Positions 1 through 9,605 of a stretch of 64,000 bases of DNA are shown piece by piece. The notes beneath the pieces are model-generated. The model saw nothing but the letters and a program-made list of their open reading frames with translations, did no database searches and had not been told where the DNA came from. Both the position numbers and the translations under genes were made by a program. Numbering within the stretch: position 1 is the first letter of the stretch; every line of letters starts with the position of its first letter. The DNA comes from an uncultured delta proteobacterium (GTDB lineage: Bacteria > Desulfobacterota > Binatia > Binatales > Binataceae): assembly GCA_963711565.1 (NCBI GenBank), contig CAVQEQ010000004.1, positions 672,001 to 736,000 of the forward strand. The letters run 5' to 3'.

Positions 1-2
1 AT

Positions 3-383
3 GACGGTTCGATCGCCACCATCCACGCCAACAGCCCGCGCGAATGCCTGGGCCGGCTCGAGATGATGATGCTGCTGTCTGGAGTCTCGATTCCGCAGCG
101 CGCGATGCGCCAGCAGATTGCGTCCGCCCTCAACATAGTCGTTCACGTCAGCCGCCTGTCCGACGGTTCGCGCAAGGTCATGAAGATCTCCGAGATCAGC
201 GGCATGGAAGGCGACATGATCATGATGCAGGACCTGTTCGAATTTATCCGCGCCGAAACTACAGCGGCGGGAAAAATCAACGGCAACTTCCACTCGACCG
301 GCATCCGCTCGGCCTACACGCAGCGCCTCGAAACGGCCGGATACAAGACCGAATCGAAAGTGATTAAGGCGGCGGCGCGATGA
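3..383 (+). CDS. tadA: Tad/Flp pilus assembly ATPase CpaF/TadA, C-terminal part (5' truncated by window edge)
   Basis: Frame from nt 3 reads DGSIATIHANSPRECLGRLEMM...RLSDGSRKVMKISEISGMEGD, the CpaF C-terminus. Followed by tadB and tadC. Confidence 0.92.
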   Translation, partial: DGSIATIHANSPRECLGRLEMMMLLSGVSIPQRAMRQQIASALNIVVHVSRLSDGSRKVMKISEISGMEGDMIMMQDLFEFIRAETTAAGKINGNFHSTGIRSAYTQRLETAGYKTESKVIKAAAR

Positions 384-1342
384 ATCTCGATAACCTGCTG
401 ATTCCGGCCGCCGTCGCGGGCATCGTGCTGGTGGTCTGCGCGCTGCTATTTATGCGACGCAGCAATCGACCCGGCGTCACGCGTGCGGTCATGATACGGA
501 TGTCGCGCCCCGACGTGGCGTTGGAGGGCGGTATCACCAAGACTGGTTCTCGCCGTTTGACCGGGCAGGAGTTCCTGACCCGATTCTACCGGCTCAATTT
601 GCTTCAAAAGCTTGAGGAGAACCTCTGGCAGGCGGGAATCTACGCCCGCATCGCCAACGTCTTGCTCGTGATCTTGCTGATGTTCACGGCGGGCCTGTTC
701 GCGGGCGAGGCCATCTCGGGCCGGGTGCTCATCTCGGTCGGCATCGGCGCGGCTATGGCAAGTTTGCCGATTGTCTATATCCGCATGCGCAGGCAGCGGC
801 GTCTCAAGGCATTCGCCAAGCAACTGCCGTACGCGCTCGATTTGATCAAGTCGTCACTGGAAGCCGGTCACACTCTGCTGCGCGGATTGCAAGTCGTGGT
901 GTCGGAGTTCCCCGACCCGATGGGCACCGAATTCCGCTCCGCTATCGAACAGAGCCGTCTTGGGCTGCCCCTCCCGCGCGCGCTGGAAGAGATGCTCAAG
1001 CGCGTGCCGCAGGACGATCTTCGGTTGTTGGTCGTCGCGGTGCGCGTACAAGCGGAAGTCGGCAGCTCGCTGGCTATCATACTGGGGCGGCTCTCGGAGA
1101 TTGTGCGCACGCGCCAGCGCCTGCAGCAGCAAATCAAGGCGCTCACGGCGCAATCCAAGATGAGCGGAATACTCGTCGGGTTCCTGCCGATCGTGATGCT
1201 GGCGGCTTTCAGTGTCATTCAGCCAAGCTACACCGACACGCTGTTCTTCGACCCGGCCGGTCAAAAGATTCTCGAAGTTGCCTGCGTACTCGACGCCCTC
1301 GCGTTTCTCTCAATTCGCAAGCTGCTGAAAGTGAAGTACTGA
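380..1342 (+). CDS. tadB: Tad pilus inner-membrane protein TadB (T2SS F family)
   Basis: TM segments, QLPYALDLIKSSLEAGH, GSSLAIILGRLSEIVRTR, IKALTAQSKMS. Operon context. Confidence 0.9.
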   Translation: MNLDNLLIPAAVAGIVLVVCALLFMRRSNRPGVTRAVMIRMSRPDVALEGGITKTGSRRLTGQEFLTRFYRLNLLQKLEENLWQAGIYARIANVLLVILLMFTAGLFAGEAISGRVLISVGIGAAMASLPIVYIRMRRQRRLKAFAKQLPYALDLIKSSLEAGHTLLRGLQVVVSEFPDPMGTEFRSAIEQSRLGLPLPRALEEMLKRVPQDDLRLLVVAVRVQAEVGSSLAIILGRLSEIVRTRQRLQQQIKALTAQSKMSGILVGFLPIVMLAAFSVIQPSYTDTLFFDPAGQKILEVACVLDALAFLSIRKLLKVKY

Positions 1343-1352
1343 AGTACCCTCG

Positions 1353-2294
1353 ATGCCGGCAATCTATGCAAGCCTGACCGTGTTTCTCTTGTTTGGCGCA
1401 GTCTCGGTCGCGATCTACGCCGCCATCTACGGGATCAACCGGCCATTTGACGATCGTATAGCCGAGATGGGCGTCAAGATGCGCGTCGCCTACGGCAATC
1501 CCGAAAATTTAGACAGGGACTCCGATTCGTTCGCGAACGCGTTGTTTCGATGGATCACCAAGCATCTTCCCGAACCCGCGATCAATACTCCGGAGCGAGA
1601 GAAACTCTCGCAGACTCTGGTCCGCGCCGGATTTCCGGGGCCCGGCGCCATCCGCACTTTTCATTTCGCCCGCCTCACATCGACGGCGGGAACTGCGATC
1701 GTAGCGATGGTGGTCGCGATGGTTTTCGGTCTCCACGGCATCAAGCCGCTCGTGGTGATGCTGATCGGCGCGGGCGTTGGCGCATTCGCCCCGAGCTACT
1801 ACATCGGCCGTAGATCGAGGAACCGTCGCGATCGAATCGGCGGTCAGCTCTCCAACGTCTTGGATTTGCTGGTAGTTTGCGTCGAAGCCGGCCTGGGCCT
1901 CAGCGAAGCGATCAAGATCGTCGGCTCCGAGTCGCAGCGGCAAAAGCAGGAAATAGGGGCCGAGCTGTCGATGGTGTCGGCCGAGCTCGCAGCAGGCAGC
2001 ACGCTTGGTCAGTCGCTCAAGAATTTCGCCGATCGCACCGCCGTCGAAGACATTCGGCCGCTCGCCGCCACGCTGGTGCAAAGCGAAAAGCTCGGCGCGC
2101 AAATCGGCCCCGCACTGCGCTCGATCTCGGACACGATGCGCACCACCCGCCGCCTCCGCGCCGAGGAAGCCGCCGCCAAAACCACCGTCAAGATTCTCTT
2201 CCCGCTCGTGCTGTTCATCCTGCCCGCGATGATGAGCGTGATCGTCGGCCCTGCGATGATTCAGATCATGCGGGCGCTCACCCACGTGCAGTGA
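1353..2294 (+). CDS. tadC: Tad pilus inner-membrane protein TadC
   Basis: LDLLVVCVEAGLGL, QSEKLG, AEEAAAKTTVKILFPLVLFILPA motifs. Confidence 0.92.
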   Translation: MPAIYASLTVFLLFGAVSVAIYAAIYGINRPFDDRIAEMGVKMRVAYGNPENLDRDSDSFANALFRWITKHLPEPAINTPEREKLSQTLVRAGFPGPGAIRTFHFARLTSTAGTAIVAMVVAMVFGLHGIKPLVVMLIGAGVGAFAPSYYIGRRSRNRRDRIGGQLSNVLDLLVVCVEAGLGLSEAIKIVGSESQRQKQEIGAELSMVSAELAAGSTLGQSLKNFADRTAVEDIRPLAATLVQSEKLGAQIGPALRSISDTMRTTRRLRAEEAAAKTTVKILFPLVLFILPAMMSVIVGPAMIQIMRALTHVQ

Positions 2295-2366
2295 TCGCAT
2301 CCGCATCGCGATCGCGCGGGTAGCGATGCTCTTGACGCGGCCGGATCGGCACAATACCGATCGATC

Positions 2367-2852
2367 ATGGCTGATTCGGAAGCGCGCACGCGCGCCCTCG
2401 AGTTGTGGAACGAGGCGATGCGCTTTCACATGAACCACGAACTCGAGCGCGCGGTCGAGCTCTACACCAAATCGATCGAAGTTTTTCCAACCGCCGAGGC
2501 CTACACGTTTCGCGGCTGGGCGTTCGAGGGGATGGGCCGAATCGACGAGGCGATCGCGGAATGCCACCGCGCCATCGAAGTCGATCCCGCTTTTGGCAAC
2601 CCGTACAACGATATAGGCGCCTACCTGATCGCGAAGGATGAGCTCGACGAGGCGATCCCGTGGCTCGAGAAGGCCAAGACCGCGCCGCGCTACGACCCGC
2701 GGCACTACCCGTTCATGAACCTCGGCCGCATCTATGCTGCCAAGGGAATGGTGAAACGCGCGATCGACGAATTCGAAGGTGCGCTGGCATTCGCACCCGG
2801 CGAGCCGACTTGCGAATCCGCGCTGGCACAGCTCCGCGCCATGCTGAATTAG
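2367..2852 (+). CDS. Tetratricopeptide repeat protein
   Basis: Tandem TPR consensus (AEAYTFRGW, AIEVDPAFGNPYNDIG, NLGRIY). Confidence 0.85.
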   Translation: MADSEARTRALELWNEAMRFHMNHELERAVELYTKSIEVFPTAEAYTFRGWAFEGMGRIDEAIAECHRAIEVDPAFGNPYNDIGAYLIAKDELDEAIPWLEKAKTAPRYDPRHYPFMNLGRIYAAKGMVKRAIDEFEGALAFAPGEPTCESALAQLRAMLN

Positions 2853-2871
2853 ACGATCGAGTTGAATTGAA

Positions 2872-3318
2872 GTGATCAAAGTCGGAGAGTCAGCGCCGGA
2901 TTTCACGCTCGCCGCGCACGACGGCGGAAGTCTTTCGCTCAAGAGTCTGCGCGGCGCCAAAGTGCTGTTGTGGTTCTTCGTCGAGGCCAACACGCCGGGG
3001 TGCGCGCTCGAAGGACGCGGCTTTCGCGACCATCAATCGTACTTCGACGAAAATAACATCCGCGTGGTCGGCGTGAGTTTCGACTCGATCGAAGACAACG
3101 CGGCTTTCGCTCGCCGGCACGAATTCGGATTCCCGCTCCTCAGCGACGCCGATCACGTCGTCGCGATTGCCTACGGTGCTTGTGCGGGACCGGAAGCGAG
3201 ATATCCCGACCGCGTGAGTTTCCTGATAAATGAGCGTGGTGCGATCGAACGGGTTTACGATCAGGTCGATCCGCGCGACCATCCGGCTCGCGTGTTGGCC
3301 GACATCCTGGGGGTGTGA
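2872..3318 (+). CDS. bcp: Peroxiredoxin, BCP/PrxQ family
   Basis: APDFTL, ANTPGC, VVGVSFD, FPLLSD motifs. Confidence 0.85.
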   Translation: MIKVGESAPDFTLAAHDGGSLSLKSLRGAKVLLWFFVEANTPGCALEGRGFRDHQSYFDENNIRVVGVSFDSIEDNAAFARRHEFGFPLLSDADHVVAIAYGACAGPEARYPDRVSFLINERGAIERVYDQVDPRDHPARVLADILGV

Positions 3319-3321
3319 TCG

Positions 3322-4128
3322 ATGCCGCATCCTCAGATGAAAGTCCGCGCCGTCATCTTCGATCTCGACGAAACCTTGATTGAAGAAGAAGCCTCGAACG
3401 ACGCCTCCGCGCTGGCCGCCGGCGAGATCGCCCGGGTTCGCTACGGCGTCAACAGCGCCGCGCTGCTCACCGCTTTGCGCAAGCGTTCACGCGAATTGTT
3501 TCTCGCCGGCCCGATGATCGATTACTGCCGCGACATCGGCATCAGCACGCGCGAAGCCCTGTGGGGCACGTTCAGTGGCGACGATTCCTCGCTCGCGCAA
3601 CTCCGCGAGTGGATGCCTACCTACAGACTTCAATCGTGGATGGGCGCGCTCAGCGAGCTCGGCATTGACGACCGGGTACTCGCCGCCGAACTCGTGGAAT
3701 TCTTTGCGGCAGATCGAAGCCGGCGCCACGTCGTGTTCGCCGAGTCGGAGCAAGTCCTGCACGACTTGAAGAAGAATTTTGGGCTCGCGCTGCTCACTAA
3801 CGGCGCGCCGGATATTCAAGGCACGAAGATCGACGGTTCGAACCTCGCCGGCTTCTTCGGAACGATAATCATCTCGGGCGATCATGGATTCGGAAAACCC
3901 GATTCCAGGATTTTTCAATTGGCGTTGAAACGATTGAAGGTCGCGGCGCACGAAGCAGTGATGATAGGCGACAGTCTAAACCGCGATATCGCCGGCGCCC
4001 GAGCCGCCGGCCTCCGCACCATCTGGATCAATCGATACAACAGAACGTTAAGCAGCAGCCATCCAATTCCCGACCTCGAACTAACCAATCTGCGCGACCT
4101 CCCGACCATACTGACGGCCGCTGACTGA
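3322..4128 (+). CDS. HAD-superfamily hydrolase
   Basis: FDLDETL motif I, LTNG motif II, KPD and MIGDSLNRDIAGA motifs III/IV. Confidence 0.9.
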   Translation: MPHPQMKVRAVIFDLDETLIEEEASNDASALAAGEIARVRYGVNSAALLTALRKRSRELFLAGPMIDYCRDIGISTREALWGTFSGDDSSLAQLREWMPTYRLQSWMGALSELGIDDRVLAAELVEFFAADRSRRHVVFAESEQVLHDLKKNFGLALLTNGAPDIQGTKIDGSNLAGFFGTIIISGDHGFGKPDSRIFQLALKRLKVAAHEAVMIGDSLNRDIAGARAAGLRTIWINRYNRTLSSSHPIPDLELTNLRDLPTILTAAD

Positions 4129-4271
4129 TCGGCGTCCGAGTGGCGGCAAATCGATGTCGCATTCTGACTTCTGACGCCATCGAAATGCCGCATCGAGCGT
4201 CATCTGCGGCTCGCGGCGCAGTTGTGCCTACCAGGGACAATCGTTCAACGAGTGTGTCGGTTCCGCGACGA

Positions 4272-4287
4272 TGGCCCACCATTTGCT
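4272..4287 (+). promoter_or_regulatory. Putative sigma-54 (-24/-12) promoter of the downstream activator gene
   Basis: TGGCCC-ACCAT-TTGCT matches TGGCAC-N5-TTGCW with exact spacing, about 45 nt upstream of the ORF. Confidence 0.7.
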
Positions 4288-4332
4288 CTAAACACGGTTG
4301 TTAACCTGCCCTAGCAGGCCGAAGAAGGAGGA

Positions 4333-5499
4333 TTGGTGCAGGACGAGGATACTCAACCGCCCTCAGGAACTCAGCACTCATCTGCGACTGTCGCCAACGG
4401 CAACGGCGCCAGCGAGATGGTGTCGCTCGGCCAGCTGGTGCATAGCGCGGACCGGCTGGGCGGCATGGTCGTACGCTCGGCGCAGGTGCGCAAGGTCTTG
4501 AAGTCGGTGTCGCAACTGAGTCCCTACAAGGCGACTGTGCTGATTTCGGGCGAGTCCGGAACAGGCAAGGAATTGATCGCGCGCGCACTTCATACGTTGG
4601 GGCCGGTTCCGAATGGTCCGTTCGTTACGCTGAATTGCTCCAACCTCGTCGAATCGCTGGCCGAGTCGCAGTTGTTCGGTCACATACGCGGCGCCTTCAC
4701 CGACGCGCGCGACGAATCGCAGGGCTACTTCCGATCGGCCAATGGCGGCACGTTGTTCCTCGACGAGATCGGCGAGTTGCCGCTCAAGCTCCAGCCCAAG
4801 TTGCTGCGCTCGGTCGAGACGCATGAGGTTCAGCCGGTCGGTTCGTCGCATTGCTACAAGGTTAATCTGCGACTGGTCGCGGCGACCAATCGCGATTTGC
4901 GTGCGATGGTCAAAGCGGGAACGTTTCGCGACGACCTCTACTTCCGGATGAGCGCGGCGGCGATTTTCATCCCGCCACTGCGCGAGCGGCGCGAGGCGAT
5001 CCCGGCTTTCATCGGGTATTTCATCGAGCAATACAATCACCTGTTCAATAAGAGCGTCTCGGAAATCTCCCGCGCCGCGATCGACGTTCTATGCGCGTAT
5101 CAATGGCCGGGGAATGTCCGCGAAATTTCCAACGCGATCGAAAGCGCGGTTATTTTGAGCGAGAATAATCGCATTGTCGTAACTGATCTTCCCGAACAGG
5201 TCGTGGATGGAACCGGCGCGGAGTTGTTGAACCCGCACAGGGAACAGCCCACCAACGGTCATGGGCCGGCGCCGATTGCGAACCACGCGCCGCAAATAGA
5301 CTTCGCCTCGGAGCCGTTGGGCTTTCTGCTCGATGACGTTATCAAGAAGACGTTGGTGCGCTCGCTCGAAGAGACCGAGGGAAATCGGCGCCGCGCAGCC
5401 AACTTGCTGGGTGTTTCACGCTCGACGCTCTATCGGATGCTCACCCGTTACGGCATCGCCGAGAATCCGCATCGCCTGTCTATTCAGCCGACGCTATGA
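4333..5499 (+). CDS. Sigma-54-dependent transcriptional activator (AAA+ plus Fis HTH, no N-terminal sensor domain)
   Basis: GESGTGKE Walker A, GAFTDA loop, TLFLDEIGE Walker B, WPGNVRE, C-terminal AANLLGVSRSTLYRML. Confidence 0.93.
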   Translation: MVQDEDTQPPSGTQHSSATVANGNGASEMVSLGQLVHSADRLGGMVVRSAQVRKVLKSVSQLSPYKATVLISGESGTGKELIARALHTLGPVPNGPFVTLNCSNLVESLAESQLFGHIRGAFTDARDESQGYFRSANGGTLFLDEIGELPLKLQPKLLRSVETHEVQPVGSSHCYKVNLRLVAATNRDLRAMVKAGTFRDDLYFRMSAAAIFIPPLRERREAIPAFIGYFIEQYNHLFNKSVSEISRAAIDVLCAYQWPGNVREISNAIESAVILSENNRIVVTDLPEQVVDGTGAELLNPHREQPTNGHGPAPIANHAPQIDFASEPLGFLLDDVIKKTLVRSLEETEGNRRRAANLLGVSRSTLYRMLTRYGIAENPHRLSIQPTL

Positions 5500-5577
5500 A
5501 ACCGGATCGATTAAGCTCGGTCGCTTCGCGGAGTCTCGAAGCTGGAAAACTTCACGCGTTTCGATAAGAATTCCAGC

Positions 5578-5877
5578 TTGATGACGAAGGGCGCGCGACT
5601 TTTCGCGGCGATTGCCGCGCTGGCTATTCTCGTCCACACCTGGCCGGCGATGTCTGCTTCGCCGTCACCTGAACTGGTCAACCTGGAGCGTGAGGTATCG
5701 CTCCAGTTGGCTCACGTACGCGACAACGGTCCCACCGATCCCGCCAAGCGCAAACAGCTTTTCGACGCGAGCCAGTTGGATCAGAAGGGTGAGGCGGCGA
5801 TCAAATCCGGCGACTACAAATCCGCCGAGGACAGTCTGCTCCAGGCGCGCGCGATTCTGCGGCAGCTCTCCGACTGA
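5578..5877 (+). CDS. Hypothetical secreted helical protein
   Basis: Signal-peptide-like N-terminus. Fills the gap between genes. Confidence 0.6.
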   Translation: MMTKGARLFAAIAALAILVHTWPAMSASPSPELVNLEREVSLQLAHVRDNGPTDPAKRKQLFDASQLDQKGEAAIKSGDYKSAEDSLLQARAILRQLSD

Positions 5878-5941
5878 CGCTCCGGCGCGGCGCATTCATC
5901 GCGCGCGCCCGTTCTGGTAAGTTCTAGTCGCGACTTCTGAG

Positions 5942-7103
5942 ATGAGTGGTTCCGATCAAATCTGGGCTGAGGCGCTGCGCACGCTCGAACATGGGCAGCC
6001 GTTCGCGCTGGCGACGGTGGTGAATGTCCGCGGCTCCACGCCGCGTGAAGTCGGCGCCAAGATGATCGTCCGCAGCGACGGGCAGTTCGGCACTATCGGC
6101 GGTGGCTGCGGCGAAGCCGAGGTTTATCGAAAAGCTCGTGTATTACTTGAAGAACCCAGCGACCGCGGAGCGCGGCTGGCCGAAGTCGATCTAACCGGCG
6201 ATTTTGACCAGCGCGAGATCGGCACCTGCGGCGGAATAATGGACGTGTTCGTTCAACCTGTGGTCGCCGGCTCGCGACCTGGGAATTGCGCGCAAGCTGG
6301 CCGACGCCGCCGGCCGCAGCGCTCCCGGCGCGCTGCTAACGGTGGTCGATTCCGGTGCGCGAGCGGAGGTGCCGGCGGGGTCGCGGACGTTTATCGATCC
6401 CCGCGATACGGGCGCGCGCGATGCGGGGCCGATCGATCTGCCGGCGGCGGGATTCGCGCAAATCGTCGAGCGGACGGCCGACGCGATTCCCAGCTTGTTC
6501 GAAGTTGATGCTGTCGGCGGACTACGACCTGTCACGCACCTCGAACCGAACGGTGGCGTACGCCTGTTCGTTGATCCGATCGTCGGTGCGCAACGCCTGA
6601 TAATAGTGGGCGCGGGACATATCGCCGTGCCGTTGTGTGCGCTTGGAACGATGCTGGGCTTTCACGTCACGGTGATCGACGACCGCGCATCCTTTGCAAG
6701 CCGCGAGCGGTTCCCCGAGGCCGATGAGATTATCGTCAGGCCGTTCAAAGACGCGATCGACTCGCTCGCGCTCGACGGCCACTGCTACCTGGTGAGTGTC
6801 ACGCGCGGTCATTCGTTCGACGAAGAGGTCGTGCGCGCGGCGCTGATGCAGCCGTGCGGATTTGTCGGGATGATTGGTTCGCGCCGCCGCGTGAAGGCCA
6901 CGCTCGAGAGAATCGGCGAGGGTGGGGTTCCCAAGGAGCGGCTCACCGACGTTCATGCGCCGCTCGGCGTCGCAATCGGCGGCGAGACGCCCGAGGAGAT
7001 CGCAATCTCGATCATCGCTGAAATCATCCGCGAGCGCCGCACCAAAGAGCGCGACGAGTTCACCCTCGGGGTGCGTTTCGGAAGCCTCAAACGCTCGAAG
7101 TAG
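5942..7103 (+). pseudogene. xdhC: XdhC/CoxI molybdenum-cofactor insertion chaperone, frameshifted at about 6251-6254 (possibly assembly error)
   Basis: N-terminal ATVVNVRGSTPREVGAKM..GTIGGGC..CGG in ORF 5942. It continues as NLWSPARDL...LIIVGAGHIA..TRGH..GMIGSRRR..GGETPEEIA in the +1 frame. Confidence 0.85.
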
Positions 7104-7111
7104 CTCTCTCA

Positions 7112-7723
7112 ATGCCGAAGCGTCTCGAGGGGATCATACTGGCGGCAGGGGAGTCGAGAAGGATGGGCTATCCGAAACCGCTCCTCCAGATCGGCGGACA
7201 GACCTTCATCGAGCGCATCGCCGAATCGATGCTCGCGGTCGTGCCGCGGCTGGTGATTGTTCTCGGAGCGCATTGCGATCGCGTGCGCGCCGCGATACCA
7301 CGCGACGCCCGCATCGCGATCGTCGAGAATCCGAACTATGCGTGCGGCCAACTGTCGTCGCTAAAGGTCGGCCTCGGCGCTCTTCAGCCGGACTCGGCGG
7401 GCGCGCTGGTTCATCTGGGAGACCATCCGGTGGTGCGCCTCGAAACGTTCCGGGCGATAGTCGAGTTCTACTATCAAACCGGCAAGCCGATCGTTGTCGC
7501 GCGCCACGACGGTCACCGCGGCCACCCAGTAGTCTTCGACCGCGCGCTATTTTCCGAACTGCAATCTGCGCCGGAAGAAGAGGGCGCCCGCCACGTAGTA
7601 AACGCCGACCTGTCGCGAGTCGCCTACATCGACCTCGACGATCCAGGAATCAATTTGGATTTAGACACGCCCTCCGACCTGGAGCGCGCCGGCCTCCCCC
7701 CGCCCAGTTGGTCAAAGACATGA
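7112..7723 (+). CDS. mocA: Nucleotidyltransferase, MocA/MobA-like (molybdenum cofactor cytidylyltransferase)
   Basis: ILAAGESRRMGYPK, LGDHP, GHPVVF, DLDTPSD motifs. Adjacent to xdhC. Confidence 0.8.
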   Translation: MPKRLEGIILAAGESRRMGYPKPLLQIGGQTFIERIAESMLAVVPRLVIVLGAHCDRVRAAIPRDARIAIVENPNYACGQLSSLKVGLGALQPDSAGALVHLGDHPVVRLETFRAIVEFYYQTGKPIVVARHDGHRGHPVVFDRALFSELQSAPEEEGARHVVNADLSRVAYIDLDDPGINLDLDTPSDLERAGLPPPSWSKT

Positions 7724-7872
7724 CGAGTTTCCAGAGCCTTCCTTTGCGCTTCTCTCATCTGGTCCGGGGTATTCAACTCCCCTATTCTGTGGCGTGAGAT
7801 GCACCCTGATTTCCATTATCAAGCGGTTTGGATGGCGGGACGGTTGGCGAGGGCGGAAATCGGGCGAAACCG

Positions 7873-7898
7873 TGTAACCACTGGCGGCATTGTGCGTA
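7873..7898 (+). promoter_or_regulatory. Putative ECF-sigma autoregulatory promoter
   Basis: TGTAAC-N16-CGTA, a typical ECF AAC/CGT bipartite motif, just upstream of the ECF gene. Confidence 0.6.
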
Positions 7899-7911
7899 TT
7901 AATAAACAGTT

Positions 7912-8544
7912 ATGTTCAGTGGCTTGGCGCGCAGAAGGGCAGGGTCGAGATTGAGCGCCAAACCCGACGAGGAACTGATAGCCGAAATCCTCGGCGGGCA
8001 GGTTGACGCTTTCACCGAGCTTGCGGCGCGGCATCGGCCACGAGTGGAGCGGTTATGCAGGCGATTTTTTTCGGACGAAGAAATGGCGCGGGATATCGCG
8101 CAGGAGAGTTTCATCCGAGCTTACACCGCGCTGGCGACGTATCGGGCCGAGATGCCGTTTGGCGGATGGCTGCGCGCAATAGTAGTGAATCTGTGCTACG
8201 ACGAGTTGCGCCGGCGGCGGCGGCGTCCCGAAGAGCTGGTCGGGGATTTCAGCGCGCCGGAAGTGCAATGGATGCAGACCGCGAACGTCGCATCGCCGGA
8301 GGAGATCGTGGGTGACGCCGAAGAGCGGCGCGAAGCGTACGACTTGGCGCATCGGTTGCTCGACACGCTCAAGCCCGAGGACCGGATGGTGATGGTACTC
8401 AAAGAGAGTGAAGATTTAAGCGTCAGCGAAATCGCCGAGACGCTTGGATGGAGTGAGGCCAAGGTAAAAATTCGCGCGTTCCGGGCGCGACAGGCGCTGC
8501 GCAAACAGGCGGAGCGGATGCTCGCCGCCGGACGCAATAGGTAA
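7912..8544 (+). CDS. ECF RNA polymerase sigma-70 factor
   Basis: DIAQESFIRAY, FGGWLRAIVVNLCYD (region 2) and LSVSEIAETLGWSEAKVKIRAFRAR (region 4). Confidence 0.92.
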   Translation: MFSGLARRRAGSRLSAKPDEELIAEILGGQVDAFTELAARHRPRVERLCRRFFSDEEMARDIAQESFIRAYTALATYRAEMPFGGWLRAIVVNLCYDELRRRRRRPEELVGDFSAPEVQWMQTANVASPEEIVGDAEERREAYDLAHRLLDTLKPEDRMVMVLKESEDLSVSEIAETLGWSEAKVKIRAFRARQALRKQAERMLAAGRNR

Positions 8545-8549
8545 GAGTC

Positions 8550-9008
8550 ATGAATTGTTTTGAAGCACGACAGGAATTTTCCGCGCTGTGGCGCAAAACG
8601 CTCGCATCCGTGCGGCGTACCGAACTGCTGGCGCATCTGAAGGGATGCGAGAAGTGCGACCATGCGTTTCGCGTGTTTGCGCTGACGGCGCCGGTGCTGC
8701 ACGGCGAGATGGAACGACAGGCGTCGCGAGCATCAGCACCGGCGCGTCGCGAATTCTCGCTGGCGGACAGGCCACGGCGGTTCGCGTCGGTACCGCGCGA
8801 GGCACCGCGTGCCAACCGGTGGATCCCGATGGCGGCGGCTGCGGCGATTTTCGTATTCGCGACCAGCGCCGCGTATTTGTCGGCGCGAGTGCCGGATGAG
8901 TCCCTCGGCGAGGCGTTATCGGTACCCGAGTCGAGTATGACTTCCGAAACGACAGGCGATCCATTGGCGCCGGAGATGCCGCTGACAGAGAGCGATCTTG
9001 CCAGCTAG
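8550..9008 (+). CDS. Anti-sigma factor with zf-HC2 zinc finger and TM helix
   Basis: MNC...HLKGCEKC (HxxxCxxC) and a single TM segment. Follows the ECF sigma gene. Confidence 0.85.
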   Translation: MNCFEARQEFSALWRKTLASVRRTELLAHLKGCEKCDHAFRVFALTAPVLHGEMERQASRASAPARREFSLADRPRRFASVPREAPRANRWIPMAAAAAIFVFATSAAYLSARVPDESLGEALSVPESSMTSETTGDPLAPEMPLTESDLAS

Positions 9009-9447
9009 GTCGAATTTCTGGTTCGGCCTGCTGATCGGAGTCTCCTGCCTCCTGATTGGTTTTGCTCTGAGCACGATGGCGTACCGGTATCGTTACTTGC
9101 GGGTGCCGGGCGGCGGGATAATCGATCGAATGAATCGCGACCTCAATCTTACACCGGCGCAACGCGATCGAGTCGGCGACATCCTGCGCGATACACGGTT
9201 CAAGGTGACGCAAGCGCGCCGGGATTTTGATCACCAGCGGCACAACCTTTTCTGGCAAGGCCTTGGGCAGATTCGCGGCGTGCTGACGCCCGATCAGCAG
9301 AAGATCTTCGATAGCGAATTCACGCAGCCGTGGGCGCATGGCGGGCACGGTGACCACGGCGACCACGACGACTACGATCAGTCGCCGCCCGAACAAGGCG
9401 CGCCCTCACCAGCGCTCCCTCCCCAGCCTCCGGCATCTCAGAATTAG
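8998..9447 (+). CDS. Periplasmic Spy/CpxP-like (heavy-metal sensor-like) protein
   Basis: N-terminal TM, LNLTPAQR and VLTPDQQ LTxxQ motifs, His-rich tail. Confidence 0.7.
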   Translation: MPARSNFWFGLLIGVSCLLIGFALSTMAYRYRYLRVPGGGIIDRMNRDLNLTPAQRDRVGDILRDTRFKVTQARRDFDHQRHNLFWQGLGQIRGVLTPDQQKIFDSEFTQPWAHGGHGDHGDHDDYDQSPPEQGAPSPALPPQPPASQN

Positions 9448-9559
9448 GCGAGAGCCGCAGGGCAGAGCGACTCTCATACCACCGAACGAACGCCCCTCGT
9501 AGCTCTTCGCACATCTCCGGAATGTACGGTCGAGGTCGCTTGACCGCGCCGAAATAAAA

Positions 9560-9576
9560 TGACACTCATAGTGTCA
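9560..9576. promoter_or_regulatory. Perfect palindrome TGACACT-CAT-AGTGTCA, putative TetR operator
   Basis: 7-bp inverted repeat 30 nt upstream of an operon that ends in a TetR gene. TTGACC at 9540. Confidence 0.65.
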
Positions 9577-9605
9577 ATACATGGATCCCAAAGCCGGAGA
9601 TAATA

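Noticed and set aside
1509-2993. Long antisense ORFs (e.g. 1509-2993, 11635-13164, 15502-16542)
   Set aside because: They are shadows of well-supported genes in high-GC DNA and show no family motifs.
2990-3005. Possible selenocysteine in the Bcp active site (TPGU variants exist)
   Set aside because: The codon at 3001 is TGC (Cys) and the ORF is uninterrupted.
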